Origin: Raja brachyura
Lineage: Eukaryota
Direction: 5' to 3'
Length of the DNA: 64,000 nt
Assembly: GCA_963514005.1 (NCBI GenBank)
Contig: OY740809.1
Span: forward strand, 20,894,001 to 20,958,000
A model generated the notes under the pieces. The model did no database searches. It was not told where the DNA came from and was given only the letters and a program-made list of their open reading frames with translations. This document shows, in pieces, positions 63,894 to 64,000 of this stretch. A program made the position numbers and the translations under genes. Numbering within the stretch: the first letter of the stretch is position 1; every line of letters begins with the position of its first letter.

Positions 63894-64000
63894 TTCTCCC
63901 ACATTGCCATCAACTCTTCCCAGGCTCTGCCACTTACCTAACCATTAAGAGCAAAGTATAATTAATCTATCAACCAAAACATCCAGAGGATACTCTCATG

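Overview
Vertebrate genomic DNA, AT-rich, with a repeat landscape typical of cartilaginous fish (skate/ray/shark): HE1-like V-SINEs, CR1/HER1 LINEs and Penelope-derived repeats. The whole window lies inside one + strand spectraplakin gene, best matching MACF1 (ACF7) rather than DST. I can trace 29 GT-AG coding exons with consistent phases. They run from the end of the plakin domain through a 5,130-nt plectin-repeat exon (MACF1b-type, 23715-28844) and three companion exons into the spectrin-repeat rod. Neither the start nor the end of the gene is in the window. The introns hold a deleted IR/DR Tc1 transposon, two related PIF/Harbinger-like MITEs, a DIRS retroelement disrupted by a hAT-like end, a 2.6-kb CR1, a Rex1 relic and many SINE/LINE fragments. 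The most notable pattern is at least a dozen short, often fold-back, Penelope-derived insertions that carry minimal hammerhead-ribozyme cores (CTGAAGA-hairpin-GAAACGTC); seven of them have 10-18 bp target-site duplications. There are also candidate unannotated splice elements around the giant exon. Gene and family names rest on my recall of the proteins and repeat families; no database search was run.
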